From Psilocybe cubensis (Eukaryota), in the NCBI GenBank assembly GCA_017499595.2, contig CM038999.1, positions 3,596,001 through 3,660,000 of the forward strand: DNA of 64,000 nucleotides. Direction: 5' to 3'. Under the pieces are notes generated by a model. The model saw nothing but the letters and a program-made list of their open reading frames with translations, did no database searches and was not told the origin of the DNA. Shown here piece by piece: positions 25,972-37,817 of this stretch (positions within the stretch are counted from its first letter, which is position 1; each line of letters starts with the position of its first letter). A program made the translations under genes and the position numbers.

Positions 25972-28942
25972 CTAAGATTGGATTCTCTTGTGTCTGAACA
26001 TCTTCATCTCTATCCCTTTGATCCCCAGAGTCTTTCATCGACAGCAAAACTACCCCCTGATATGACTGTACCATACCCCAAATGATACTTAGAGCTCCGG
26101 TCATCACAATCAAACTGTAAGCAATATAAATGATTTAGTCCAAAACCAGCAAAGTTAAATAAAGGAGCAATTCAGCCAAGCGCCGACCGAGAGAAGGCTG
26201 AAAGCAAAAGAAAGCAAGATATGGAACAGAAAATACTCAAACTCACGATACCCCCCAAAAAACGGGAGAGGCAAAATGAAGCAAGACAACAGGGAAAAAA
26301 AGACTCGGTCACACTCACAATATACCAAACACCCCCTTGGCTCCACCAAATGGCAAGCCCCGTGTGCGGGCAGCCAACGTCGCGAAGAGGGACGGCAATA
26401 CTCCAACACCAGCGGCGCCGCATGATGAGACGTACCCAATCGCCCCTGTCACGAGCTCTGAATCTGGTCTTTGCTCACCACCCCCGCTGACGCCAACGTC
26501 CCCGCCTTCTGTTGCGCCGCCGACGGTCTGCGCCGCGTATCTCAGGGCGATGGCGCTCATGGGCCCGAAGAAAAATCCGATGAGAAAGACGACGAGTGCG
26601 TGGAGGCTGAGTATCAAGCCATGATTGAGATTGACATGAGGAATCGACGGTATAGAGATAGGAAATGATGGTATTGAGATGGGCCAGGATGGTATAGAGA
26701 TAGGGAAGGAAAGAGTGTCATTGGAGGGGAGCAAGGAGAGTACGAGGGGAACGAGGAATGCTGTTTCCAGGCTATGTCAGAACACTCAAATTTCAGTTCA
26801 GGTCTGCATTTTTTAGAAAGAGACACCGACATGATACAAAGTGACAAGTAGAAGTGCACCGCGCGGCTTTCTCCGATCTATGTGCGCACGTCAGCGAATC
26901 AAGCGCTCGCATTCGCTAACATACCAAGGATCAAATTTCCTATTGATAGACTGACCTTCTGCGTCACCGGTACTAGTGCCACCCGTCCGAGCGTTAAACC
27001 TAGTAGAACAGGTACACGTTGTAAGAGAAAAGCTGACATTCAAACAGAACGGTATCAGCAACGTACCTGAGAAGAAGCTGGACGCGACGTAAGCCGCCCC
27101 TGCTCCCCCTTGTTCCATCTCTGCGCCTGTTCCGCTGCCTATGTGTGCCTCCATTAAATACACGACAATCCACCCTAGAAAAACATGAAACGCAAGCGTC
27201 AGCCAAACGCGAAGAAATTTCAAAATTAGATAGGTTCGGAGTGAAACACCACAGAAAAGTCCCGATATTTGTAAACCGACCTCCAATCGTAGTCTCAATC
27301 CCAACATACACCACATTAAACAGTGCAAGGAAATGAACTGAGGGTGTGCATAGAAGGCGGGTATATTTTGTTATCAGTGCGTTTACTCGGCTTCGTAACG
27401 TGTTGGCAAAATCGGTGGCGACCGATGTGGCGATAGCAGTTGCGTTAGATGCAATAGCGGTAGTCGTAGCGGTGATAGCTGCAGTGGTTGTGGTGATAGA
27501 TGTTGTGGCGGCGGCAATGGACTCGATATTGACGGAGAAATGGACATTGACATCGGTGCTGGTGCTGGTGCTGGTGCCGCCGCCATTGTTAATCCCCGAT
27601 GCTCCCGTCACCAGAGACGCACCGTCGGAGTCTGTGATCTCCCCGCACTGTCTCAGGCACTCTGAGCATCCACCACAAATGAAAAATAAACAAGTCAACA
27701 TTCTTATCCGAACATCGTGATGAAAGAGAAAATAAATAACGTAAAAGAGCATACCACTCACCTTCTTGTGTCGCATCCCCAAATACAGCCTTTAGGACAG
27801 TACAGTTGATGGCAGCCAATGCAAAGGAGATCAGAAAGTGAAGATGCCACAATCTATCTTTCCACGATTCTTCTCCCTGCCTGAAATGGGCGGGAGGTTT
27901 CGCGATGGGAGTCTTGGTATGGTTTGCAAACTGCATCGAACAGAGAGGCGCAAGCAGTGATCCAAAGCCTGCAGAAGAAGAAACATATACAACACGTTGC
28001 CATTGTTTAAATTTCAATCTGTGTTGGTTTTTGACAGAGAAAAAGGGCGGTGTGAAACAATCCCGAACATACCGTACGCAGACTGAAGAAGGCCCATTTT
28101 GAGTTCCCCGCCACGGCGGAGGATAGCAACGTACCCGTTGGCTTGCGCACTCTGCGTTACATTTAATTGAGGCTCATTCAGCCCAAGTGCGAGCAGACTT
28201 ACCTCAATTGCAATCCCGATTCCCCCGATGAAGGACGACCCTGCAAATACAGGAAAGCAGGCAGGGAGGGCCTGAATAAAAAAGCATATGGCTTGCAGTG
28301 CTGACCCCAAGTATGTTACCTGTAAAACGAGGGCGTGTATTAGTATGAGCTAGCAAACACGGTATTGAGTGGTGCAATGTGACGTAAAAGTACCTTCCCG
28401 AACCCAAAGCGGTCATTTAGCGGGATGGTGAACATGACACCGAGGAAGACTCCCTTGAGTAATAGTAAGTATGGAGCATTGCGACGACATAGGTGGGTTA
28501 CTCACGGCGCAGGTAAACGCGTATGTCCAGGAGACCGTGTCGTAGTCGATCTATGTAACGAATACACAAAGATAGTCAGTAGGGAGCTAAAGAAACTAAT
28601 CCTCCTCGATCCATGTTTGCTAAGTTATATCAATGCATTGTCTAGGAGTTAAATGTGGAGGAAGAAAAAAAACAACGCGGAATAAACACGAACATGATAA
28701 GTCCGGAGGATGTCAGGTAGCAAAGGTCCAGACGAGGCGTCGCCCCAGCCGAGCACAAACAACGAGACGCACAGTGCAGCGATTTGCAGATATCCGGCGC
28801 GAGTATGCCTGTAGTCATATTTCCAGTAATACAGCTCTCCAAAGACGGACTCGGAAAGGGGGTCGCGCAGGAGTGGTATGCGTTCAGCAGCGGCGGGGAA
28901 TATGGATTCGATTTCCAAGCCCCTGTGGTCTGCCAACGCCAT
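25972..28942 (-). CDS. MFS transporter, paralog 1 (fucose-permease/Bsc6-like), with low-complexity loop insertions
   Basis: LQIAALCVSLFVLGWGDASSGPLLPDI; AQANGYVA; VHFLALFNVVYVGIETTIGGWIVVYLM; LIGFFFGPMSAIA; LVTGAIGYVSSCGAAGVGVLP; last exon LIVMTGALSIIWGMV...ENQS* (stop at 25972). The start codon is uncertain. Confidence 0.8.
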
Positions 28943-30708
28943 GTATGTAGTCCTAGAGGTAGCCCTAAATCCAATTCAGGTTGTGGTGTGTATGCTGGGT
29001 GATTCCTGAACAGAAGACCAGAGGTGAGGAGAGGGAACACGAACGCCCGTGGGCCGACAGAAGGCAAAAGCGAGGAGCTGCCGTAATTCTCGGTGAGCAT
29101 GGCAGAGAGCAATAGGAGAATATGGTTAGTCAGGTCAATTGTGTACGCCAGAAGAGAATAGAAGCACGGAAAGAATCAGAAGTGTGAGAATTAAGAATGG
29201 AGTGATTGACAGGACCCGCTGAGATGGCGTATGGCATATGGGCGTCTTCGGATTCGGGAGAGTAGATCAGATTCATACAGACGTCTTCAGCTATGGGAAG
29301 CTTGGCTACCGAGTTCGTACTCCCGTTCCTCCGTTCTCACTTGCAAATCATGATACATTGATGTCGTCCAGAGTAGTAGTTCAAAACATCTATACAGCGT
29401 CTTTAGGGCAGGCCAACACGCGTCTGCCCATTGCCCAAGTTGGCAATCCGGCCCACCCGGCGTCTTTTGCGCTTCTTTGAGGCGTTCCCTCAACCTTCTC
29501 CTCATGAAAAGGGATAGTATTCTGATGCGCACTGTACGCTATCAGTGATTCTTCTGCATCGTTGATAATCGGAATCAATCTCAGCTTCGAAATAAGTAAC
29601 AGTCGCAATTCGCGCGATATCAACGCCTATACTGCAAAGTCAAGCATTGATTGATAAGCTAGTAGTGGCCAGATTACCTCCGTTCTCTTCTTCACTGCAA
29701 CTCCACTGGCAAGCCATTTTCCCATAAAATTCATTACCTACACTGTACCTGTCTCGAGTAGACTACTGATTTAAAAAAACTGCGATCTACACGGCAATCC
29801 GTATTTTAATTGTACAGGTTCGATTGAAAGTCAAGCTTCTATAAAACTCCTCCAAATCTTCTCTTCAAAAAATTTCTCGAATCAAAATGGTTTACATTTC
29901 GTCTTTGCATCGCGCGCTACAGCCACCCACCAAGTCTTCTTATTATTTATATACCTGCAGTTTCCGACGTTTCTTCCAAAAGCCATTTGTTAGCACGTCA
30001 AATAACGTCTATAATTGTGAATACATAGACATAAATGCATTGGTTGAATAAATATCTGTTGGGGGCTTATGATGTTTTCCTGGTCATAAGGATGGGAAAC
30101 CCGTGGATATATGCATATAATTACTGGGTTAAATACACTTGTGTTTTTGGTTTGGTTTGAGAAGTACATTGCTAAAAAATCTTTTAGAATTTCTACTTTT
30201 ATTTGACTCAAACGCAAGTAGTTGCACAATCTTAGACAATGGACCCAGTCCTGTCCGGTACCACGGCAATATTAACCGGTGTGATTGCCGGTGTATCTCC
30301 GCTTCAAATTGAAATGACGGAGGGAACTTGTTTTTTTTTTCAAGCTCTTGAGCAGGCTCAGCCCAACCATTTTGCACCGCCAGTGGGGTATACCTCAAAC
30401 ATACCGTTTTTCCCTGTCAATTACCTGTCCGCTTCTACTCCAATGCATCCAACTTCTAGAAGCGGCTCATACCCGTTATCGGCGACGAAGGTCGAAGATT
30501 CTAAGTACTCTCGTGATAGCCGGAAAATCCTCGGATCGCCTAGGGTATAGGCAGTCGAATATCCAATTACCTCAAGTTATTTGTACCACTCAATAACCGT
30601 GACTCGTGAGTAGGTTGACTTTTACTCTACTCACTGCTAGGGAGCACTTTCCTCCTTTTCCCTCACTGACCTCACACTGAAAGGACTGCTACAATCAAAA
30701 ATAGCGAC

Positions 30709-32877
30709 ATGACCCATAACGACAGTCTGACTTTGCAATCGAACAAAACCTTCAATCCAGAGATGATATCACAGGTAGACATACCGACCGAGCGCGATCC
30801 ATTACTCGTGAAGAAAGCATCCTTATCATTATCCTCAACGCCAACACTGTCAAAAGCGCAAAAACGAGCGGGCATCGTCCAGTTCCTTGCGCTATGCTGG
30901 TCGCTGTTTATGATAGGCTGGAATGACGGTTCGATTGGGCCATTGCTGCCCAGAATAATGCAGGTCTTCGATGTGCGTGTGCGTCTCTGGTTGAGCATAC
31001 GCCTCTCATTCGTTATAGGTCAACTATGGAACGGTGTCCTGGATCTTTGTGCTGACATGCACGGTAAGTCCATATTGATGTGTTCTAGTAGGAAAAAGAG
31101 CTTCCATGCTTTTTATGCTTTTTACGTAGTGTTTGAAAAATTTGACTCATTACCCAATCTCCAACAGGGTGTAGTATTTGGCGCGCTCGCAAATATGCCA
31201 TTGAATGACAAATATGGGTATGGGAAGGTAAGGAGCAATAAAATTTATTTCGTCTTTCTAGCATCGATATGTTGTGTAGATCCTTGTCCTGGGCGCCATT
31301 CTTCAAATGTTCGCGTTTATTACGCAGTCATCTGCGCGTACGCTTCCATTTTCAGCTTTTGCAGCTTCTTTCTTTCTAGGTGGGATTGGAATGGCGATAC
31401 AGGTGAGCCCAATTAACTGATTTTCTGATTCGCAGCATTGTTATTTTTAAAATGCTCATGTATCATGATTATCATCCCGTTATTGGAACGATATCTCACC
31501 TGATTGAATGATACGCAGGATGCACAATGCAATGGATATATAGCGCTCGTCAAACACGAAGGGGAGTTGAAGATGGGATTCTTGCAGGCCTCATACGGTA
31601 TCCTACAGCTTATCTTTAAAATAGAAACACACCAACGCTGACATGTGTTCTGGTATTAATGTGCATAGGTCTAGGTGCCTTAATTGCCCCCTTATCGTCC
31701 ACGCAATTCGCTCAGGCTCCGACCCGGTGGTCGGGCCATTACCTCATCTCATTCGTGCTATCCGTGTTGAATGTAATACTGCTCAGTGCCGTGTTCAAGT
31801 TTAGAGCACAGGATGGTAAGCCCATTTCACAATTTCTCGATCTTATTTGACTGTTACAAAATATTTGACTATCGTATTCCTTTCAGAATGTCTACGCGAG
31901 TCCGGAGAGATTATTCCCGAGTCTGCTATCAGAAACGCGGTCAGCGGGTCTGGAAGTGAAGGAGATGGAAAATACATGCAAATGTTGCGTATGAAGGCGG
32001 TGCATCTGCTTGCTCTATTTTTGATCTTGTACATCGGGGTTGAGGTCACCATCGGAGGTATGTGCACTCTCAGTTGTTTGTGAGAGAGGTTGACATGAAT
32101 ACTTTTTACATAGGATGGATTGTGACGTTTATGATGGTTGTGCGTGGAGGAGGACCTGAGTCCGGATATGTTGCCGCCGGATTCTTTGGAGGTAAAAAGT
32201 TTTGTCGTTTTCACGACCAGCGTTGTTTCTGAAGTTGGTGGGGATATATAGGTCTTACGCTGGGTCGGATTGCGTTAATATGGGTCAATCAAAAGGTATG
32301 CTCGAAAAGTTGGAATCCATATTCAAAGATCTGCGCTGGCAACATCTAATGACATGCCTAAATTGCAGCTTGGAGAGGTTAGAGCAGTGTATCTCTACAC
32401 CGCACTGGTTATCTTGTGAGTTTACCTTCCGCGAAATTTCAAATGCAAGACCTAACAAGCCAGCGCTAACTTTAATCCTACGACACAGTGCCCAGCTCCT
32501 CGTTTGGATTGTTCCCTCTCGCCTCATCAACGCCCTTCTCGTCTGTACCATCGGCTTACTCCTCGGGCCCATGTATCCAATTGCGATCAGACACGCAGCG
32601 CGAGTTATTCCACGCTCGCTGGTTACGGGCGCAATAGGCTGGATAGCCGCCTGCGGGGCAGCTGGAAGCGCATTGCTTCCGTTTGTGACTGGCCGTATAG
32701 CAGAGGAGAAAGGGATTGGAAGTTTGATGCCATTGTAAGTAATCAACATACCATGCTTTATGTCTTAGCTTTTCCGAAGCTAATGCTTCTATTGGTTTTC
32801 CTAGCTTGTTGGTAATGATGGCTGTCATGGGCGTGGTTTGGTTTATGGTACCAACTAAGCCAGTCGAGGAGGAATAA
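30709..32877 (+). CDS. MFS transporter, paralog 2 (fucose-permease/Bsc6-like)
   Basis: QFLALCWSLFMIGWNDGSIGPLLPRI; DAQCNGYIA; VHLLALFLILYIGVEVTIGGWIVTFM; GYVAAGFFGGLTLGR; GLLLGPMYPI; GAIGWIAACGAAGSALLPFVTG; ends KPVEEE* at 32877. The start could extend upstream to ~30239. Confidence 0.88.
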
Positions 32878-33121
32878 TGGTACATCATACCTTTCAAATG
32901 CAATTCTGGGGTTAGACATAGAAGGGTATGTCAAAGGAAGTGCATTGCCTCGCGAAAGAAAAATATATATGCAGTCATTATACTTGCCTCTGCAATAGAA
33001 ACACAAACACAAACACGTCGCGGTCAAGATTGACGTCATATCTATTATGATACAGTTTAGGGCAGGTCAAAACGTGGTGTTTGGGACGGCAATGGTTTTA
33101 GAAAATCAACAAACAAGAAAA

Positions 33122-36056
33122 TTAAACACCAAGAGAGAGCAATTCCCCACTAGCAACTTCAAGTCTTTCCAGCTTCTTTTGAAGGTCTGCACGTCTGTCA
33201 GCAACCTGAGGACTCTCCTGAGCCATCTCCATGCAGATGCGATGTCCATCTACACCGTTGATCCCAAGATTAGAGTATAAGACGCTGAGGATGTTTCGCT
33301 CAGCGCCACGAACAAGGTCAAGGTCGATCGCAAGCGGAACGTTGTCAGTGAAGCGTTTGTAGGCAACTAGAAGGACATGTTGTCAGTGATGAAGTTATAT
33401 TAATAGCGATGGTAGAGAACCTTGGAAGTATGCCCTGACATCTGCCATAATGTTCAAAGCGGGTTCCATTGGGTCAGGCGGGAGCAACTTGGCGAGGTCA
33501 TGGGCGGCGACCCCGGACAAACCTGCTTCGGCCAATCCAGCTAGAGCTTTTGCAATTCCTGTGGGTTCTGTGGCATGTCTGGAGGAGCTAGACACTGGAA
33601 CTGGGTTTACTTTATATCGAGTAATGGAGTCAATGACATCCGGCTGTTCGTACTTCTCGCGCGCGCTCTTATAGTGAGCAAGAAACTTCGCACGATAATC
33701 TGCGAGGTAGTGCGTGTTCAAAGAAAATGGTAGCTCTTCGAGTTTGATGAGCCAGATAATGCGCTCTTCGGTACGCTCGAGGCATTGCTTCAGATGTTGC
33801 TGGACGATGGTTCTGAAAGAAAGTCAGAGTACGAATCTGTTGATAAAAGGAAAACGCTTACCTGACACGCTGCTCCAAATGTCCCTGTCCAAATTCACCA
33901 AAATGCTCTTTGATGAGATCTTTGATATTGTCCGAGACAATATTATGAACAATTTTGCAAAGGATTTGAGCCGGTGCCTGCCACTCTTTGACAATGCTGT
34001 CAATAAACATCCTCTGAACAACAAAAGGGTAATGTCCAGGCAATTCTCGAGTGCGTGCCCTGAGCAAGTACGATGTTCATATTAATAAAAGATACAAATC
34101 GAGGTAGAAACATACCGTTGAGCTCTGTCCAATACGTCATCGACATAGATTATGTCGTCCGCCGGAGTCTTGCGCTTGCACAGGGACGCCCATGAAACCT
34201 CATTACTACTATCCCCACTACCACTGTCGTCGCTTGTGTTCCCTTCCTCGTTTCGAAGGAATGCAGGAGCAGGAAGGTGTTTTGTAGCCGCATCAATCCG
34301 TTTGAATGGCCTAAAATTAGGAGAGGTTCGACGAATCTCCCTCCTGAATCGTTCTTGGGCAGGATGAATAGCCTGCATAAGGCCTATGCCAGTGCCGGAC
34401 GTGGATGGGTCATCGGAGACTCCTTCGACATGGCGTAAAAAATCGCTGGTAAATTTATGTAAGAGGGCCAAAATCTCGCTGCGTGGATTGGAGGATGGGG
34501 CCGGGGGAAGTTTGGAAAGCAGACCACGAGTCAATATGATCGACTTCTCGAGCTCATCTTGGATTTGCGGCAGCCTAAAGATGGCAATCCGATTAGAAAA
34601 AAAAGAGCGGATGACAAATTTTGACATACCTTTTTGAAATCAAATCGGATAGGACGTTGCTCAGCCGTTCAACAAGGTTGCTTGTGCGAAGGTACTTCTG
34701 ATAAAGTCCTTCGAGCTCGCACCAGGGTGCTTTGGATGAAAAGAAATCATTTTCCATTTGACGGGCTTCAGACCACGTGATGTTGCGTTTCAAGTCATTT
34801 GACGAGGGCTGTTTGACACAAAACCAGTTGTTTTCCAATGTCTCCTTCTCATTTCTGATGAATGGAAGCCAGTTGGACTCTTCTCCGAGTGGAATACGAT
34901 CCGGCTTCGTCAAGACACCTTGAAATGAATGAAATTTGAGTAAGGTGGTAATAGGTAATTCTCAAGAGCAACTAACCTATAGTACGTTTTCCATCTGGAT
35001 CATAGTGTTTGGCTAGACGGTGCGCGCCTTGGTTTTCAAAGTCGGCTATGAACAGGAGTGTGAGAGGTTGCAAAGTAACAAAATAGGTTATGGGCTTACT
35101 TTCGCAGGCAACTGTCAGGAGAATAATGCAGCTTGGCTTCTTGATGTAAGTCGTTACAAGGCTTTCGACCAGGGCAATGTCATTACCACTTCCACGGCTG
35201 CTGCTGCTGACACTGGCAATGAGGCCTGTCGAGAAGAAAGAAACAATCAACGACTACAACCATAATAAACAATGCCACTACATACCTGGGAGATCGCAGA
35301 AAGAAAGATCGGCAACATCTGGGCCGCTGATCTGCAGGGTCACAGCATTCAGCGAAAAGCTCAGCTGAGAATCCAGAAGTTCCTCCTCTTGATCATCATC
35401 CAGGAAAAACTTCGCCGGCTTTGTTGGGTTGAGAATGGCACGTTGTGCTCTGCGGATTCGATCTTCGACTTCGGACTTGTCGTAGATGATGGCACCGAAG
35501 GGCTCGTTACGGGCTTGGCCTAGGGGTTGACCATTAGCGTCGGTGGTAAACCTTAGGGAGACAACGCATTTCCATGCAGAGTCGCTACGCGACAATCTGC
35601 ATTCTGTCGGACAACTAAACCACTGGGGCATGAGCGAACATGATATACAAACCACAAAATATGACACGTACCGAGTGCAGGTACCAGCAGCACGAGGGAG
35701 GGTAATTCCAGAGATAGACTCTATGAGTGACGACTTTCCAGCGCTCTGTGAACCGATGACAGCAATTTGAGGGAGGTCTATGTCGACTTGCACGCTTTTG
35801 GGTTATATTCATCATACATGCGAAACAGGAATGCAAGAAAAAGTGCTTACCCAGTGCTGTGGAGTTTGTTAACAAGATCCAGCATTTTCCTTCTCCCACC
35901 GCTAAGCTGGGGGTTGGCAAGACCAACTCCATTGCTGTGCGATGGTAAGACCGTGTCCACGGAAGACAGGTCATTCGGAGAACTGATATGCGGTGGAGAG
36001 CTGGAGCCTCTGTCCGTCGAAATGCTCATACTTGAGGTGGATAGGGAATCAGACAT
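33122..36056 (-). CDS. Mx-like dynamin-family GTPase, copy A
   Basis: G1 LPQIAVIGSQSAGKSSLIESISG, G2 TCTRCPTE, G3 DLPG and G4 GVLTKPD. Stalk motif RTRELPG. GED region AYFQVAYKRFTDNVPLAID...RRADLQKKLERLEVA...LGV* (stop at 33122). Nine GT-AG introns identified. Confidence 0.93.
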
Positions 36057-37817
36057 GTGAGATGGTGAGATGGGGATGAAAAAATATCGCGATGATTTAT
36101 AGGGGAAAGGATTGCGATCTAGCTCATAATTTTGAGGATACATGGAGACGGATAATAAATTTCGGGTTTATTTACCTTCTATTGCGGTTCATACTTTAAA
36201 GGCGGGTATCCTATACCTTTGATGTTGGTTAAATGGCAGTCGCAAAAAAGTCTAATTTCCTTAGCCTGTTGGTTCACAGACCAAAAACATTTTATTACTC
36301 ACCACGCTTTGACAAACAGGTTGCTGCCATAGAGATATCCCACAGTGCTCTAGTAGTTGTATATGAACAGGCCCGTTACGATTGCACTTGAAGGCGTTCA
36401 TGGTAAAAGCTTTCAAGGGTAAGATGGATGGTGAAGAAGCGGGAGAATTCTGGAACACGGCAATGTAATCACACCTTCCCACGCTCGATACCCTTCAACA
36501 TCGGCCTAATGGGGGTCGGCTTGCCATAAGATCTGAGCGCTAATTGGTTCCAGAACAAACTAAGCGCCAATATTTCATGTTCCACCGCAACTCGGCCGGT
36601 CAACAGGCTCATTGGAACAACCCGTAATAACGGTAGAGATAAGCATATGGCTGCCAAAACGACCGGCCGGATGTAGATTTTCATTCCAATGAATGGTCTT
36701 ATTTAGTGTTACTGAGCAATGAGCCTCTTGGTCTGATCGCAATGCGGAGATGTTTGGACGCAGTAATGTACGTCCCGTCGCATTTTGTGGAGGTCAGTAA
36801 TCCTCGCAAGATTGAATGTTTTCAAAAGCGGTATTAACCAGAGATATATCTCGCCGTCACATTTCAACCTACTTCATAATCAGTCTGCTTAAAGAACTAC
36901 TCAAATAAATGGACAAGCTAACTAGTATGTCGCAAAGATGTTCACGTCCAGAAATTACATAGCACGAGAGCCGGATCCCTGTACAGGAAGGAAAATGTGA
37001 GGACGGCCAGTAAGGATTATTTGACAAAGATACGTGCAAAATTTGCGCAGCGCACAATCATAATACTCCGTCAACTCCTAACCCTATCCTTTGTGAGGCT
37101 TTCAACACGACTTCAGCATAAGCTTAGTGCGCGCTACCCCACCCCTCGCGCTGTCCACTTCTGTCAGGCTTGTGCATCCCCAGTTTCATCCCTTCCAGGG
37201 GTCCGTAGGTCGGTAGAACGCTGCAATTTTCGTCATGGTATTCGATAGGCAGATGAATAACTAGACACGACCGATACGGTCACAGCGACACCGTGTTCTC
37301 TGATAGTGGAAGAGCAAGTGGCTTTGTAGAGAATGCATAGTTTTGAGAAGGGCCGGGATGGTAAATCAATATTGTCGGAACTATGCATAAGTGCGATAGG
37401 AGCCTTTTTCCTCCAGCTTACATGGCTAGTCATACACAGTAGGCGTGTCTCAGCAATGTAGCATATAGTAGCAAGTTGTGGCGAGAAAGGTTCCATGGAA
37501 GCCCACTCGTACCCAGCGTTTCTGACTAATCACCTTTTCAATGTCCGAGTAGACGCGTCAAGCCTCAAGTGACTTTACATCTCGGACGCCAACAAATCTA
37601 ACCAACCTTACGTATCCTGAATCTCCTCTAATGCCCATACAATGTGTGGCGTGGGCTCACATCTATGCTGTGTTGTTGGCTGTGTAAAGTTTTGTGCATT
37701 TTCGGCACATGCTCATGCACCTTACACCTTTATAAACTCTTCAACATCTTCCAAACTTTGCCACAAAATGAATTTTCACAGGTGAAAATCTTTGAGATTT
37801 TAATAGACTAACAACTG

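Noticed and set aside
36100-37800. Searched the gaps around the proteases (also 47050-47750) for a gasdermin/HET-Q1-like, HeLo or amyloid-motif gene
   Set aside because: Only short ORFs with no recognisable motif. A highly spliced small gene cannot be excluded without RNA-seq or profile searches.
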